From the NCBI RefSeq assembly GCF_006345805.1, contig NC_043006.1, positions 59,582,001 through 59,646,000 on the forward strand: a stretch of DNA of 64,000 nt, written 5' to 3'. Numbering within the stretch: the first letter of the stretch is position 1; the number at the start of each line of letters is the position of its first letter. The notes under the pieces are model-generated. The model was not told the origin of the DNA. It did no database searches and worked only from the letters and a program-made list of their open reading frames with translations. Source of the DNA: Octopus sinensis (lineage: Eukaryota). Below are positions 50,270 to 64,000 of the stretch, in pieces. Made by a program: the position numbers and the translations under genes.

Positions 50270-50760
50270 ACGTTGTCGCTAAAACAATATGAAATGCTAT
50301 CTTCCCACAAGGAATGCTATCTTCTTAGGAGAATAAATATCGAATGCATGCAGAACCTTCACTATAAGGAATAGTGGTCGAGCGTTCCCATCAAAACTTC
50401 TACCAAGTGCAAACAGTTCAGATATTGTTATTTAGGGCAGTAAGTTTATGTATACATCAGCATGGAGTTCAACAGCTCTGCTGGTGCGAATATTTCATAG
50501 AAAATCAAAGAGAAGGAGTTTAACTTTGGAGAACTGCTGCAAAACTTTTAGCTTCTATATCCAGATTATAAATGACCTTTCTGCTAATAATGGCAGCTGC
50601 GCTTGGTTTTTTATTAGTAAATGCCTAAGTGACATTCTAAAAAAGCTAGGATTTTCAAAACAAGAAATCAACCAACAAACAAGGACATTACAAATACAAT
50701 CTGTAAAAGGAACAATAAATATATACAAGATTATTTTTCCTTTTTTTAATTACAAAATGT
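50270..50760 (+). mobile_element. RLE retrotransposon family 2, degraded 3' part
   Basis: Nucleotide similarity to 63390-63696 and 15545-15880 (gacgttgtcgctaaaacaat; aaatcaaagagaagg; ctaggattttcaaaac). Confidence 0.6.
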
Positions 50761-50916
50761 GATATTGTTTTTTTTTTTGCTGTTTATAAATAAATACGAT
50801 AGAGCTCCGTATCTTTGTTATCTTCCAACGATAGAGCTTCGTACCATTGTTAGAAACCAGCATCTTTCTAACAGAAGCACTTTATATAATTAAAAATGGG
50901 AGAGTATGTCTATATA

Positions 50917-50993
<77 letters not shown>

Positions 50994-51249
50994 TTATGTT
51001 TGTATGTTTGTACGTATATATGTATATGTGTGTCTGTGTGCATACATGTATGTATGTATATGTGTATGTATAGCTTTATATGTATGTACATGCATACATG
51101 TAAATATGTACACATATTTATGTACGCGTTTGTATGTGTATATTTAACACAGCACATGGGTGTGGGTATTTATTTGCATATATGCAAAAGTGCATATATA
51201 TTTATACACCTTATTCATTCACAGAAATACAGAAACACATTTACACACA

Positions 51250-51310
<61 letters not shown>

Positions 51311-51438
51311 ACACACACACACACACACACATACACACACACACATCAAACATTCTCCTCCAACTCGCCTCTCCTCCCATTACCTTTGCTGTGTCTAACA
51401 CTCCCCAACCCCACCCAGGGTCACGCACTAATAGCTAA

Positions 51439-51728
51439 GTGGAGGCACATGACCTAGTAATTAGAGCAGCGGACTCGCAGCCGAGGGATCGCGGGTTCGA
51501 ATCTCAGACCGGGTGATGTGTGTGTGTTTATGAGCGAAACACCTAAGCTCCACGCGGCTCAGACAGAAGGTAATGGCGAACTTCAGCTGACTTTCGACAC
51601 AACCTTGCAGCTCACCTGCGACGGACCGGCGTCCCGTCCAGGTGGGGAACCTATACGCCAAAGAAACCGGGAAACTGGACCTTATGAGCCAGGCATGGCT
51701 CGAGAAGGAACAAACAACAACAACAACA
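51439..51728 (+). mobile_element. SINE with family A-like head, V-domain-like body and (CAA)n tail
   Basis: 12-bp TSD ACTAATAGCTAA at 51427-51438 and 51729-51740. The body contains cctgcgacggaccggcgtcccgtccagg. Confidence 0.85.
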
Positions 51729-52070
51729 ACTAATAGCTAAGCTAATTTCTTCCTTTCCAAAACATCAGTGTAGGTCGGCCACTTATCCAGAATGAGGATT
51801 AATTCTAAGATAATTTGAAATGCCTAAATATTAGAAAAGAAAACTTTGATAATCTTGTGTGCAGACAGCTTCAAAATTTTGAAGTTACGGGAAAATAAGA
51901 AAATAAACCAACAATCTTCCCGCAAACCACCATTGTCCACATTGTGAGTTCTCGGCTAGATCACGTGATGGTTTAATAAGTCATGCTCATATCCATATTG
52001 ATCCAAGTAAATGTAAACTACTTGTGTAGTGTTTGTAATCATCGCTGTGAATCAATTGGTGGCCTCCTGA

Positions 52071-52497
52071 AGATTCGCATGAGCTGTGTGGTAAGTAGCT
52101 TGCTAACCAGCCACATGGTTCCGGGTTCAGTCCCACTGCGTGGCATCTTGGGCAAGTGTCTTCTGCTATAGCCCCGGGTCGACCAATGCCTTGTGAGTGG
52201 ATTTGGTAGACGGAAACTGAAAGAAGCCTGTCGTATATATGTATATATATATATAAGTATGTGTGTGTATATGTTTGTGTGTCTGTGTTTGTCCCCCTAG
52301 CATTGCTTGACAACCGACGCTGGTGTGTTTACGTCCCCGGCAAAAGAGACCGATAGAATAAGTACTGGGTTTACAAAGAATAAGTCCCGGGGTCGATTTG
52401 CTCGACTAAAGGTGGTGCTCCAGCATGGCCGCAGTCAAATGACTGAAACAAGTAAAAGAGTAAAAGAGTAAAAGAGTAAAAGAGTAAAAGAGTAAAC
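52071..52497 (+). mobile_element. SINE family C, full length, with (GTAAAAGA)n tail
   Basis: Head, CORE-like cttgggcaagtgtcttct, internal (AT)/(GT) and five to six 8-bp tail units at ~52450-52497. Confidence 0.9.
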
Positions 52498-52754
52498 TGT
52501 AAACATTGTTAAATGATAGTAATAATAATATGGGTGAATTGCTAATTATCAATTTGTGTGTCAGTATCATTTTCTTGCAAGACCAGCTTGTTTGATTTTC
52601 TGTTTCTGCTGTCATTACAAGATAGCTTGTTGGGCTTTATTCTCTTCTTACTGAGTACTCATATGTCTTCCTCGACATGTGCGTTTGAATGTGTGTGTAA
52701 ATTTGTGCTTGCGTGTATGTCTACGTATAATGTATATACACATATCTGTACATG

Positions 52755-52786
<32 letters not shown>

Positions 52787-52876
52787 AGAAATTAAAAAAG
52801 GAAAATACACACACTTACATAGTTTTAATATAATTTTTGATATATCGACCGGTTTCGCTATCGCTATTCATGATAT

Positions 52877-52960
52877 TCGCCATTTTCCACGAAGAATGTG
52901 TTCTCTGTTTTTTTTTGCTGAATTTTTTCTTGAGAACACATTCTTCGTGGAAAATGGCGA
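52877..52960. repeat. Perfect 29-bp stem, 26-nt T-rich loop
   Basis: tcgccattttccacgaagaatgtgttctc (52877-52905) / gagaacacattcttcgtggaaaatggcga (52932-52960). Confidence 0.95.
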
Positions 52961-53431
52961 TTTTGACGTCTATATCTAACGTATAGGCTGTCCATTTTTA
53001 GTGGTCAGTCCTCTAAATTTTGTATATATATATATACTATAATGGAGGAATTCCAACTACGTTTCGTGGTTCGCTACCTCAACAGTTCATTTATAGAATC
53101 AAATGGCTAAAGACATCATCAGGAGGAACCACGTCCGGTTTTGGCCCCCTACTCCTCTACCGTTTTCGATGTGGCGCCCCCACCCCTTTCGGAGGTGTCT
53201 TCAGCTCTGTTGTTGAGTGCATTTCTTCTTTCTCCTTTTTCCTTTTGTTCTTTGGTTTTCTCGATACAGCGTCAACGAATTTCGACTGATTATTCTCGAG
53301 ATTGCTCCAATCCGGCCAGCTCCTGCATAGATAATCTGGAACTCGACTGTTTTGTATTTTTTATATATAATAAATATATGGCGGCGTAAGTACAATTTGG
53401 TCTCTTATATGTAAGTATATATATATATATA

Positions 53432-53994
53432 TCGCAACAGATCATTTTATACAACAACTAATTTAATCATAACGCCCATCAATGAAAACATCTCCACCAC
53501 TGTATTGTGATTCATCTAATCAGCACCACTACAGTCTTGCCGGTCTGACATATGGTGAGTAGATGCTATTCTTCTATATTTTATAAATTACCCATATTTA
53601 CTTACCCATGCTTCATTCCCCTCTTGCCTACATAGGCATGTCCATTCTCTTTTAACACACAGCATGAAGTTTTGTAACAGCACATCCGCTGCCGTTCGTA
53701 GAAAACGAAGAGACCCTATTCACCTGCGAACGTTTTACACCGCCTTCCACGACTATCAAATTCTTACAATTATGAGAACAATAACATGGCTCTTTTCAAG
53801 GCAACCTCGCATTCAATTATTACACCATTCTACGAGGGGTTAGGAACCCCTTTACACGCTTCTATACACTTACAAATACATTCATTCGCCGTAAACTTAT
53901 ATCAATATTTGCCTGAATAATCCTCATAATTCAGTGCAATCATTAACAATGCTTTCAAGCATTCAGCCTCGAGCATCGCCGGGCAATTCTGCTA

Positions 53995-53995
<1 letters not shown>
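53432..53995 (+). mobile_element. Putative non-autonomous Helitron (564 bp)
   Basis: 3' gcctcgagcatcgccgggc hairpin followed by aattctg-CTAG|T (53992-53996). The A|TC 5' end at 53431/53432 is tentative. Confidence 0.6.
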
Positions 53996-54093
<98 letters not shown>

Positions 54094-54102
54094 TATTCTA
54101 TT

Positions 54103-54840
54103 CATTTCAGTCATTAGACTGGGGCACAGTCTTGAAGAATTTTAGTCGAATGATTTGACTTCAGTACCTTTTAAAGCCTGGTACTTATTCTATTGATATC
54201 TTTTGCCGAACCGTAAAGTTACGAGGACGTAAACGCACCAACACCGGTTATCAAGCGGTGGTGGGGGAGAACAAACACAGACACAAAGACACGCCCCCCC
54301 CCCACACACACACACACAACGGGATTCTCTCAGTTCTGTCTGCCAAATCCACTCATAAGGTTTTGGTCGGCCCGAGGCTATAGTAGAAGGCACACAAACC
54401 CAAGGTGCCAAGCAGTAAGACTGAAGCTGGAACCATGTGGTCGGGAAGCAAGCTTCGTGCCACACACCGACGCTTATATATAGGTGACTGTGATGACGAT
54501 GGTGATTTGGGGTTCAGTCTTGGCAAGTGTCTTCTACTATAGCCTCGGGCCGACCAAAACTTTGTGAGTGGATTTGGTAGACGGAAACTGAAAGAAGCCC
54601 GTCGTATATATGTATATATATTTGTATATATTTGCGTGTCTGTGTTTGTCACCCCACCATCGCTTGACAACCGATGTTGGTATGTTTACGTCACCGTAGC
54701 CTACCGGTTCGGCAAAAGAGATCGATAGAATAAGAACTAGGCTTATAAAGAATAAGTCCTGGCATCGATTTGATCCACTAAAGGTGGTGCTCCAGCATGA
54801 CCGCAGTCAAATGACTGAATCAAGCAAAAGAATAAAACAG
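54103..54840. mobile_element. Head-to-head inverted pair of family C SINEs (54103-54468 minus, 54515-54840 plus)
   Basis: Includes a perfectly complementary 29-mer, 54361-54389 / 54531-54559. Confidence 0.85.
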
Positions 54841-54881
54841 AAAAGAATATATGTGTGTGCATGTACGTATGTATATATCTT

Positions 54882-54913
<32 letters not shown>

Positions 54914-54932
54914 AATGTATGTATATGTATAT

Positions 54933-55322
54933 GTGGAGGCGCAGTGGCCCAGTGGTTAGGGCAGCGGACTCGCGGTCATAGGATCGCGGTTTCGATTCCC
55001 AGACCGGGCGTTGTGAGTGTTTATTGAGCGAAAACACCTAAAGCTCCACGAGGCTCCGACAGGGGTTGGTGGTGATCCCTGCTGTACTCTTTCACCACAA
55101 CTTTCTCTCACTCTTACTTCCTGTTTCTGTTGTACCTGTATTTCAAGGGGCCGGCCTTGTCACTCTCTGTGTCACGCTGAATATCCCCGAGAACTACGTT
55201 AAGGGTACACGTGTCTGTGGAGTGCTCAGCCACTTACGCGTTAATTTCACGAGCAGGCTGTTCCGTTGATTCGGATCAACCGGAACCCTCGTCGTCGTAA
55301 CCGACGGAGTGCTTCCAGTCCA
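54933..55322 (+). mobile_element. Young SINE family A, second full copy
   Basis: Five substitutions versus 46603-46986. 12-bp TSD GTATATGTATAT at 54921-54932 and 55323-55334. Confidence 0.95.
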
Positions 55323-55666
55323 GTATATGTATATAGTAAGCTCGATAAAAAGAGTACAGTGAAATTGTCATGGGGAGCGGAAAATCCAACACTGTAAACA
55401 GTCCTCCTTTAGGCAAAATTGGAAAGAAAGATGACGGCAGTTTTACATCCTCTAAGTTTTAAAAAACAAAAGCGAATAAAAAATGCCTGGTGGAGTTTCT
55501 CATGAATTTTTCTCCTTTCAGCTTTTCCTTGAAGAAGAAAAATTGTCCGAAACGTTGGATTTTCCACTCCCTACGGCATGTTCACTTCGTACTTGTTATC
55601 GATTTTACTATAAAGACATATGTATGTGTACGTATCGACGCGTTTGTGTGTGTGTGTGTGTGTGTA

Positions 55667-55723
<57 letters not shown>

Positions 55724-56559
55724 CTCATGGACGCAATGCACTGCCAGGTTTTGAATATACGACCCATACAATTGTGTGCTGAGCACCCGTAACTACCAAG
55801 CCACGCAGCTTCACACAATTTATTTATTCTTACATGTATACACACAGTCTTGAAGCATTACATTCTATTCTGTATGGTTTCTAATGAATTACACATACTA
55901 AAGTTATTTTCTTTTATATGACATTGGACAACTTAAAGCACGTTGCTTGCGTATATCATATAAAGGAAGGAGTCCTATCCGAAGATAAAACCCAGCAACT
56001 AAAAGCCATCATTGCGTAAAAACTGGGCTATACGCATTAAAAGTGAGCATTCACATCATTACTTGATGAATTTATATATATTGATGTTGTTTAGTCAATA
56101 CATATTACAAACCTGCCATCTTCTTTTATTGTGTTGTTTTATATCAACTGCTATTGTATTGAAAGGTTCTGTATTAGTCAATAAATTAACCATAACTATT
56201 ATTACAACGTAAAGTATAAAAGCCATGTCAATATGGCTAACCGCAAAGTGGGGGTGTTACCGTAGCCTTTTAGCCCCAGGAGATCTTCGTCTCCAGCTGG
56301 CTTTTACAGCTCGCTCTGTGATTTAATAATATTATTACAACGTTTCTGTGATTATATACTTATCTGTGCATGGTTTGTAGCTTTCTAACAAATAGAAAAT
56401 GGACGTATTAATTCGGGTAGTCGTTGCTACTTATGTAATATCGATCACATGCTGTAATAATGATTTATCGTTTGTCAGCGATTCTTTCAACGTAAATTTA
56501 CCCACGTGTTTATGAAAGATTGCGATGGTTTGTCAACGTGCACGTGTCTGCAAGTGTGT

Positions 56560-56870
56560 GTGTGTGTGTGTGTGTGTCAGTGACCGTGTTCTCTGAATGT
56601 GTGCGTGTTTTGTGAATGTGTGCGTTATCTGTGAATGTGTGCGTGTTGTGTATGTGTGTGTGCGCGTGTGTGTATGTGTGTGTCAGTGTCCGTGTTCTAT
56701 GAATGTGTGCGTGTAGGGTGTGTATGCGTGTGTGTGCGCGCGTGTGTGTGTGTGTCAATGTGCGTGTTCTGTGAATGTGTGCGTGTCGTGTGTGTATGTG
56801 TGTGTGTGTGTGTTCTGTGAATGTGTGCGTGTTGTATTTGTGTGTGTGTGTGTGCGTGTATGTGTGATTA
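56560..56870 (+). repeat. Microsatellite-derived minisatellite, core GAATGTGTGCGT x6
   Basis: The core recurs at ~56596, 56615, 56634, 56701, 56773 and 56819 within (GT)n. Confidence 0.7.
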
Positions 56871-56934
56871 CGTTTGACTTTGTAAAACTGGAACGGCAAT
56901 GAAGAGGAGTTATGCTTGTTATTGTTGTTTAGTC

Positions 56935-57254
56935 ACCGTCGAAGATGACGACGGCGACGACGGGGCGAGGGGGATGAGAAGAGGAAGGGGAGGATAGGGA
57001 AGGAAGAGCAGAAGGAGGATAGTGATGATGATAATGATGACGACGACTACGATGATGATGATGATAGTTGTGGTGGTGGTGGAGGTGGCAGTGGTGGTGG
57101 TGGTGGTGGTGGCGGTGGTGGTGGTGGTGGTGGTGGCAGTGGTGGTGGCGGTGGTGGTGGCAGTGGTGGTGGTGGTGGTGATGGTGATGGTGATGATGAT
57201 GATGAGGCGAAGAAGAAGAAGAAGAAGAGGAAAAATAATAACAACAACAACAAC

Positions 57255-57289
<35 letters not shown>

Positions 57290-57292
57290 TAA
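56935..57292. repeat. Compound trinucleotide tract (GAC/GAT/GGT/AGA/ACA/ATA)
   Basis: Directly visible. Confidence 0.9.
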
Positions 57293-57992
57293 GCGGAACA
57301 ATTGGCTGAATGTGAATTAGATTTGTTATTAGCCGTGTTATGCTGTTTTTGTGACTTAAATACGAGTGAAACAACATTCAACTAAAATCGATAACCTTCG
57401 TAAGTACATTGTACTGTATATGGAGTATTAATCGTGTCATGTGACTGCACTACTGATCTGTTTGGATGACAAGCAATTAGACTGTGAGTGATAGAATATC
57501 GAATAAAATAGATGTGAGTGAGGTGGTAGTGATGGGTAGGTCGGTTGGAAGGTTATTATATTGATGGGAAGAGGCCTCATCAAAGTCAGTAATGACATTC
57601 ACCCGTCTGACCTTCGTTAGTGAAACTTTTACTCTCTAGTAATGTTTCAGTTACACGAAAGGCAAACTACTTTTAATACTATTAGCAGCAACAACAACAG
57701 TTTCGAATTCAGGCACCGATAATCTTCAGGGGGCGAGTCTTGTCAATATACATCGAGCTCGGTGTATGACTGGTATATTATGCACTCTAAAAGGATGGGA
57801 GGTAAAGTTGACCTCGGCGCGATCCGAGCTCAGAACGTAAAGGGTTCGAATGAATGAGGTAAGTCATTTTTTTCCCCGATGCTGTAACGATTCTACCAAA
57901 TATGTGTTGATGATAACGGTAAGTAAATGGTACTCTATTTTACCGATCCAGGAACAATAACAACAACAACAACAACAATAATAATAATAATA

Positions 57993-59385
57993 GTGGACTA
58001 GTAGGGAAAAGAGAAGGAAGAACACAATAGAACAACAGATATGGCCCACCATCACAGGCCAAGAGATCACGGCCACACTGAGGGGTACCAACAACTCCTG
58101 GAAAACTCCAGGTATAGACAAGGTCCCCAAATTCTTGTTGAAACACCTCACCAGTATCCGTAACCATTTAGTGGGAAAGTTCAATTTATTGATAAGTGAA
58201 CTAGAATCAGCACCAAACTAGACCCTAGTCAACACCAAACACCACCCACAAAGTTACAGATCAATAATATACCAATCAATATCCTGCAAAACCCTAACAT
58301 CAGTCATCTATAACCGGCTTATAAAGCACCTGAAAAATAACAATGATTTGACAGAAGAACAAAAAGGGTGCCGGAGAGGGACGTATGGCTGTAAGGAGCA
58401 ACTTCTGGTAAACCGAGCAATTATAGAGGACTGTGAGAGGAGATAGACAAATCTGAACATGGCTTAGATTGATTACCAGAAAGCATTCGGCAGTGTTCCA
58501 TAATCTTGGATACTTACAAATAAGGTAGCCCCACCACTACTAAAATATGTTAAACATGCAATGGCAAACTGGAAAACCAGTATAACATTAAAAAATTACT
58601 CATAGTTTATTAAAACCTATTCTATACCCATAAAAAGAAGGATTTTCCAGGGGGACTCACAGTCAACCCTACTTTTCTGCCTTTCTCTTACCCCGCTAAC
58701 AAACATGTTAAACGAAACCACCATGAGTTATAGGTGCTACGGACAAAAAAATAAGACATCTCCTATACAGGGATGACCTAAAACTTTTCGTTAAAAGTAC
58801 CATGGGAGAGAGAAACCTAATCAAAATTGGTCAGAGTTACAACAATGACACCGAAATGAGTATTGGGCTGGACGAATGTGTCAAAGTCACACTGAGAACA
58901 GGCAAATTATTCAGCACTTAAAACCTTGCACTCGACATAGACACAGAAATTAGAGAATTAGACCACAACCGCCCGTTCAAATATCTAGGAATAGATGAAA
59001 CAGCTAAAATACAGCCCACTGAAATGTAAGAGAATACTAGGAGAGTATTACAGAAGAGTTGGACTAATATTAAACACTGAACTTAATGCTAAAAATAAGA
59101 TAAAAGGGATAAACACGCTAGTCGTACCAGTCATAAATTACAGCCTTAACAATAAACTGGAAGATCAGTAAATTGGAAAACCTAGAAGGAAAACCAGAAA
59201 ACTACTGACAGCGTACCGAAGTCACCGCCCCAAAGCAGACGTAGACAGAATATATCTACCCTGCTCAGAAGGAGGACGTGGTCTGATACAGATAGAAAAC
59301 TACTACAAAATAACAACAGTTGGACTAGCAAAGTACTTAGAAACATAAAGTAAAGCAACATGAGAAAAAAAACACTCTTCTCTAT
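57993..59385 (+). mobile_element. R4/Dong-like element, RT region, truncated at both ends
   Basis: Begins right after (AAC)n(AAT)n at 57953-57992. About 80% similar by eye to the reverse complement of 43040-44460. Confidence 0.85.
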
Positions 59386-59387
59386 GG

Positions 59388-62135
<2,748 letters not shown>

Positions 62136-62150
62136 ATAATAATAATAATA

Positions 62151-62190
<40 letters not shown>

Positions 62191-62203
62191 CGATGACGAC
62201 GAC

Positions 62204-62248
<45 letters not shown>

Positions 62249-62269
62249 TGATGATGATGATGATGATAA

Positions 62270-63130
62270 TAATACAATAGCAATATTAGTTGCAGCCTTT
62301 AAAAAGGTTGATCGATGGAAAATGAACCAAGAAACGAAAAATGTGAATGAAATTCTGAAAAACATCAGAACAAACATCACAGATACAAATAATTTGATCA
62401 AGGCAACAAGTATTGTTGTAGCATAAGATGTGGGTGTTGATGTCAAGAAAAGAAATATAATATATAGTGACAAACGAAAGATCCATGGTGGAAAAGAAGA
62501 ATACAGGCGGGGTTAGATATGCTCTCGAAGGACATGTCTGTGTTAGACCGAAAAGAGAAGGGGATCTTAAAAGCGAACAACAATACAGGCACTGAATAGG
62601 AAGCATGATATTGAAAGAGAGGGCCTGAAAGTTGTAATGGAGGAACTGAAACAGCGCCTCGTTGCAAAGAAAGCAAAGATGGTAAGATACGACCAAAGAA
62701 TGAAGGGATACCAGCAGAATAGGTTATACAGAGTAGATCAGAAGAAATTCTACAAAGAAATAAATGGAGAGTATACATATGAAAAGTTGGTACCAGATAA
62801 CATTGAAAGTCTAAGGTTTTGAAGTGACTTCTGGAGCAAAGACAAGGAGCACAAGAAGGGTGCTGAATGGTTGAAAGAACTGAAACAAACAGTAGTCTGT
62901 CCAAAACAGACAGAACTAATGGTCATTTCAGTTTGGGAAGTGAAGGAAATCAGCAAAAAATGGGCAACTGGAAGGCACCGGGACCAGATGAAGTTCAAGG
63001 CTATTGGATCAAAAGATTTAGTGAATGTCGTGCACAAATAGCTGCGCAAGTCAACACTTTGTTAATTGCCAACCAAGTAACACCAGAGTGGTTGACAATG
63101 GGTAGGACAGAACTGTACTTGAAAAACACC
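62270..63130 (+). mobile_element. R4/Dong-like element, N-terminal region
   Basis: Starts after the (GAT)n array. PWWKRRI, MEELKQRLVAKKAKMVRYDQR..QNRLY..QKKFY, NWKAPGPDEVQGYWIK..GRT. Confidence 0.8.
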
Positions 63131-63264
63131 ATACATACATACATACATACATACATACATACATACATACATGCATGCATGCATACATACATACATACAT
63201 ACATACATACATACATACATACATACATACATACATACATACATACGCACATACATACATACAT

Positions 63265-63695
63265 TGATGAACAAGAGAGACAGTGACGCTCTTGTAATCC
63301 TAAGGTGCGACCGCATGTGTAGGCTATGTAATATTTCTCTGGAAGATATTGTGCATCTGATTAGCAGTTGTCCTAAAATGTCGTCACTGTACTACCTCCC
63401 TATGCGGCACGATGCTGTTGCTAAAACAATTTGCAATGTCATCTGCTAAAAAAGATTGTCCTGAAATAAACTCTGTTAAGGAATACATTCATAAACACCA
63501 ACTCAGAGTAATAGTGGTGGAATATCCCCATCAAAATTTCTGTCACATGTAAGCATGACAGGCCGGATATTGTTGTTTGGGACAGAGGGGCAAAGGTATG
63601 TACTATCATAGAGGTTAGCTGCCCTGCAGATATAAATACATCTTTAAAATCAAAGAAAAAGAGGATATCTATGGACAACTGCTTCGAAACCTCCA

Positions 63696-63696
<1 letters not shown>
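63265..63696 (+). mobile_element. RLE retrotransposon family 2, CCHC + endonuclease, ending at (TAA)n 63697-63782
   Basis: CRLC..EDIVHLISSC, RHDAVAK, DRPDIVVWD..IIEVSCPADIN..KEKEDIYGQLLRNLQ. Confidence 0.85.
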
Positions 63697-63782
<86 letters not shown>

Positions 63783-63811
63783 GGAGAACCCAGGTTTGAA
63801 ATTTCCCCAAG

Positions 63812-63855
63812 ACACCTGATGAAGGCTGGAGGGTACATCAGCTGAAATGTTGTGT
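63812..63855 (+). ncRNA. Minimal Penelope-type hammerhead motif, slightly decayed
   Basis: ACAC-CTGATGA-A-GGCTG..CAGCT-GAA-ATGT-T-GTGT. Stem III ACGT appears to have decayed to ATGT (CpG-type change). Confidence 0.5.
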
Positions 63856-64000
63856 GAACAACAAACTAGATTAGGACAAATATCCGTCAAATGTAAATAA
63901 TGTCCAGATTGACCTGTTGTGCCTCGGGAAGCATGAAACCACAAGAAAAACTTTGAAGATACCCAGCGATTTCAAAATCCATGAATGCGGTATGCCTTCG

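Noticed and set aside
53055-53115. Minus-strand CTGATGA..GAAACGTA hammerhead-like motif
   Set aside because: Neither stem I nor stem II can be paired.
56919-57381. His-, Pro-, Thr- and Val-rich ORFs; also poly-Tyr 59672-59944 and poly-Met/Asp 62115-62426
   Set aside because: Compound trinucleotide repeats open on both strands. The 62115 ORF merely runs into an R4 remnant.

Overview
Eukaryotic, AT-rich and extremely repeat-dense genomic DNA. It is most likely octopus (coleoid cephalopod), judged from my recall of octopus SINE consensus sequences and the microsatellite load; I could not verify this by search. Only one intact host gene is supportable: a single-coding-exon DUF229-family type II membrane protein of the alkaline-phosphatase superfamily (25457-27397, +), in a TE-free island. 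The rest is mobile-element debris: Tx1/L1-type LINE fragments, at least three families of R4/Dong-like RLE retrotransposons tightly associated with (TAA)n/(GAT)n arrays, three Penelope-like elements, Tigger and Tc1 transposase remnants, a gypsy RT remnant, non-autonomous Helitrons, MITEs, several tRNA-derived SINE families (some very young and nested) and a 100-N gap. The most notable unexplained structures are: (i) a core-intact type I hammerhead ribozyme with a long stem II at 48442-48532, plus six further minimal or degenerate hammerhead motifs; (ii) many long palindromic/foldback elements; (iii) a ~470-bp TAA-tailed retroposon without Pol III boxes that co-occurs with the Dong-like elements. 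All alignments and identities were done by eye; TE boundaries are approximate unless a TSD or terminus is quoted.
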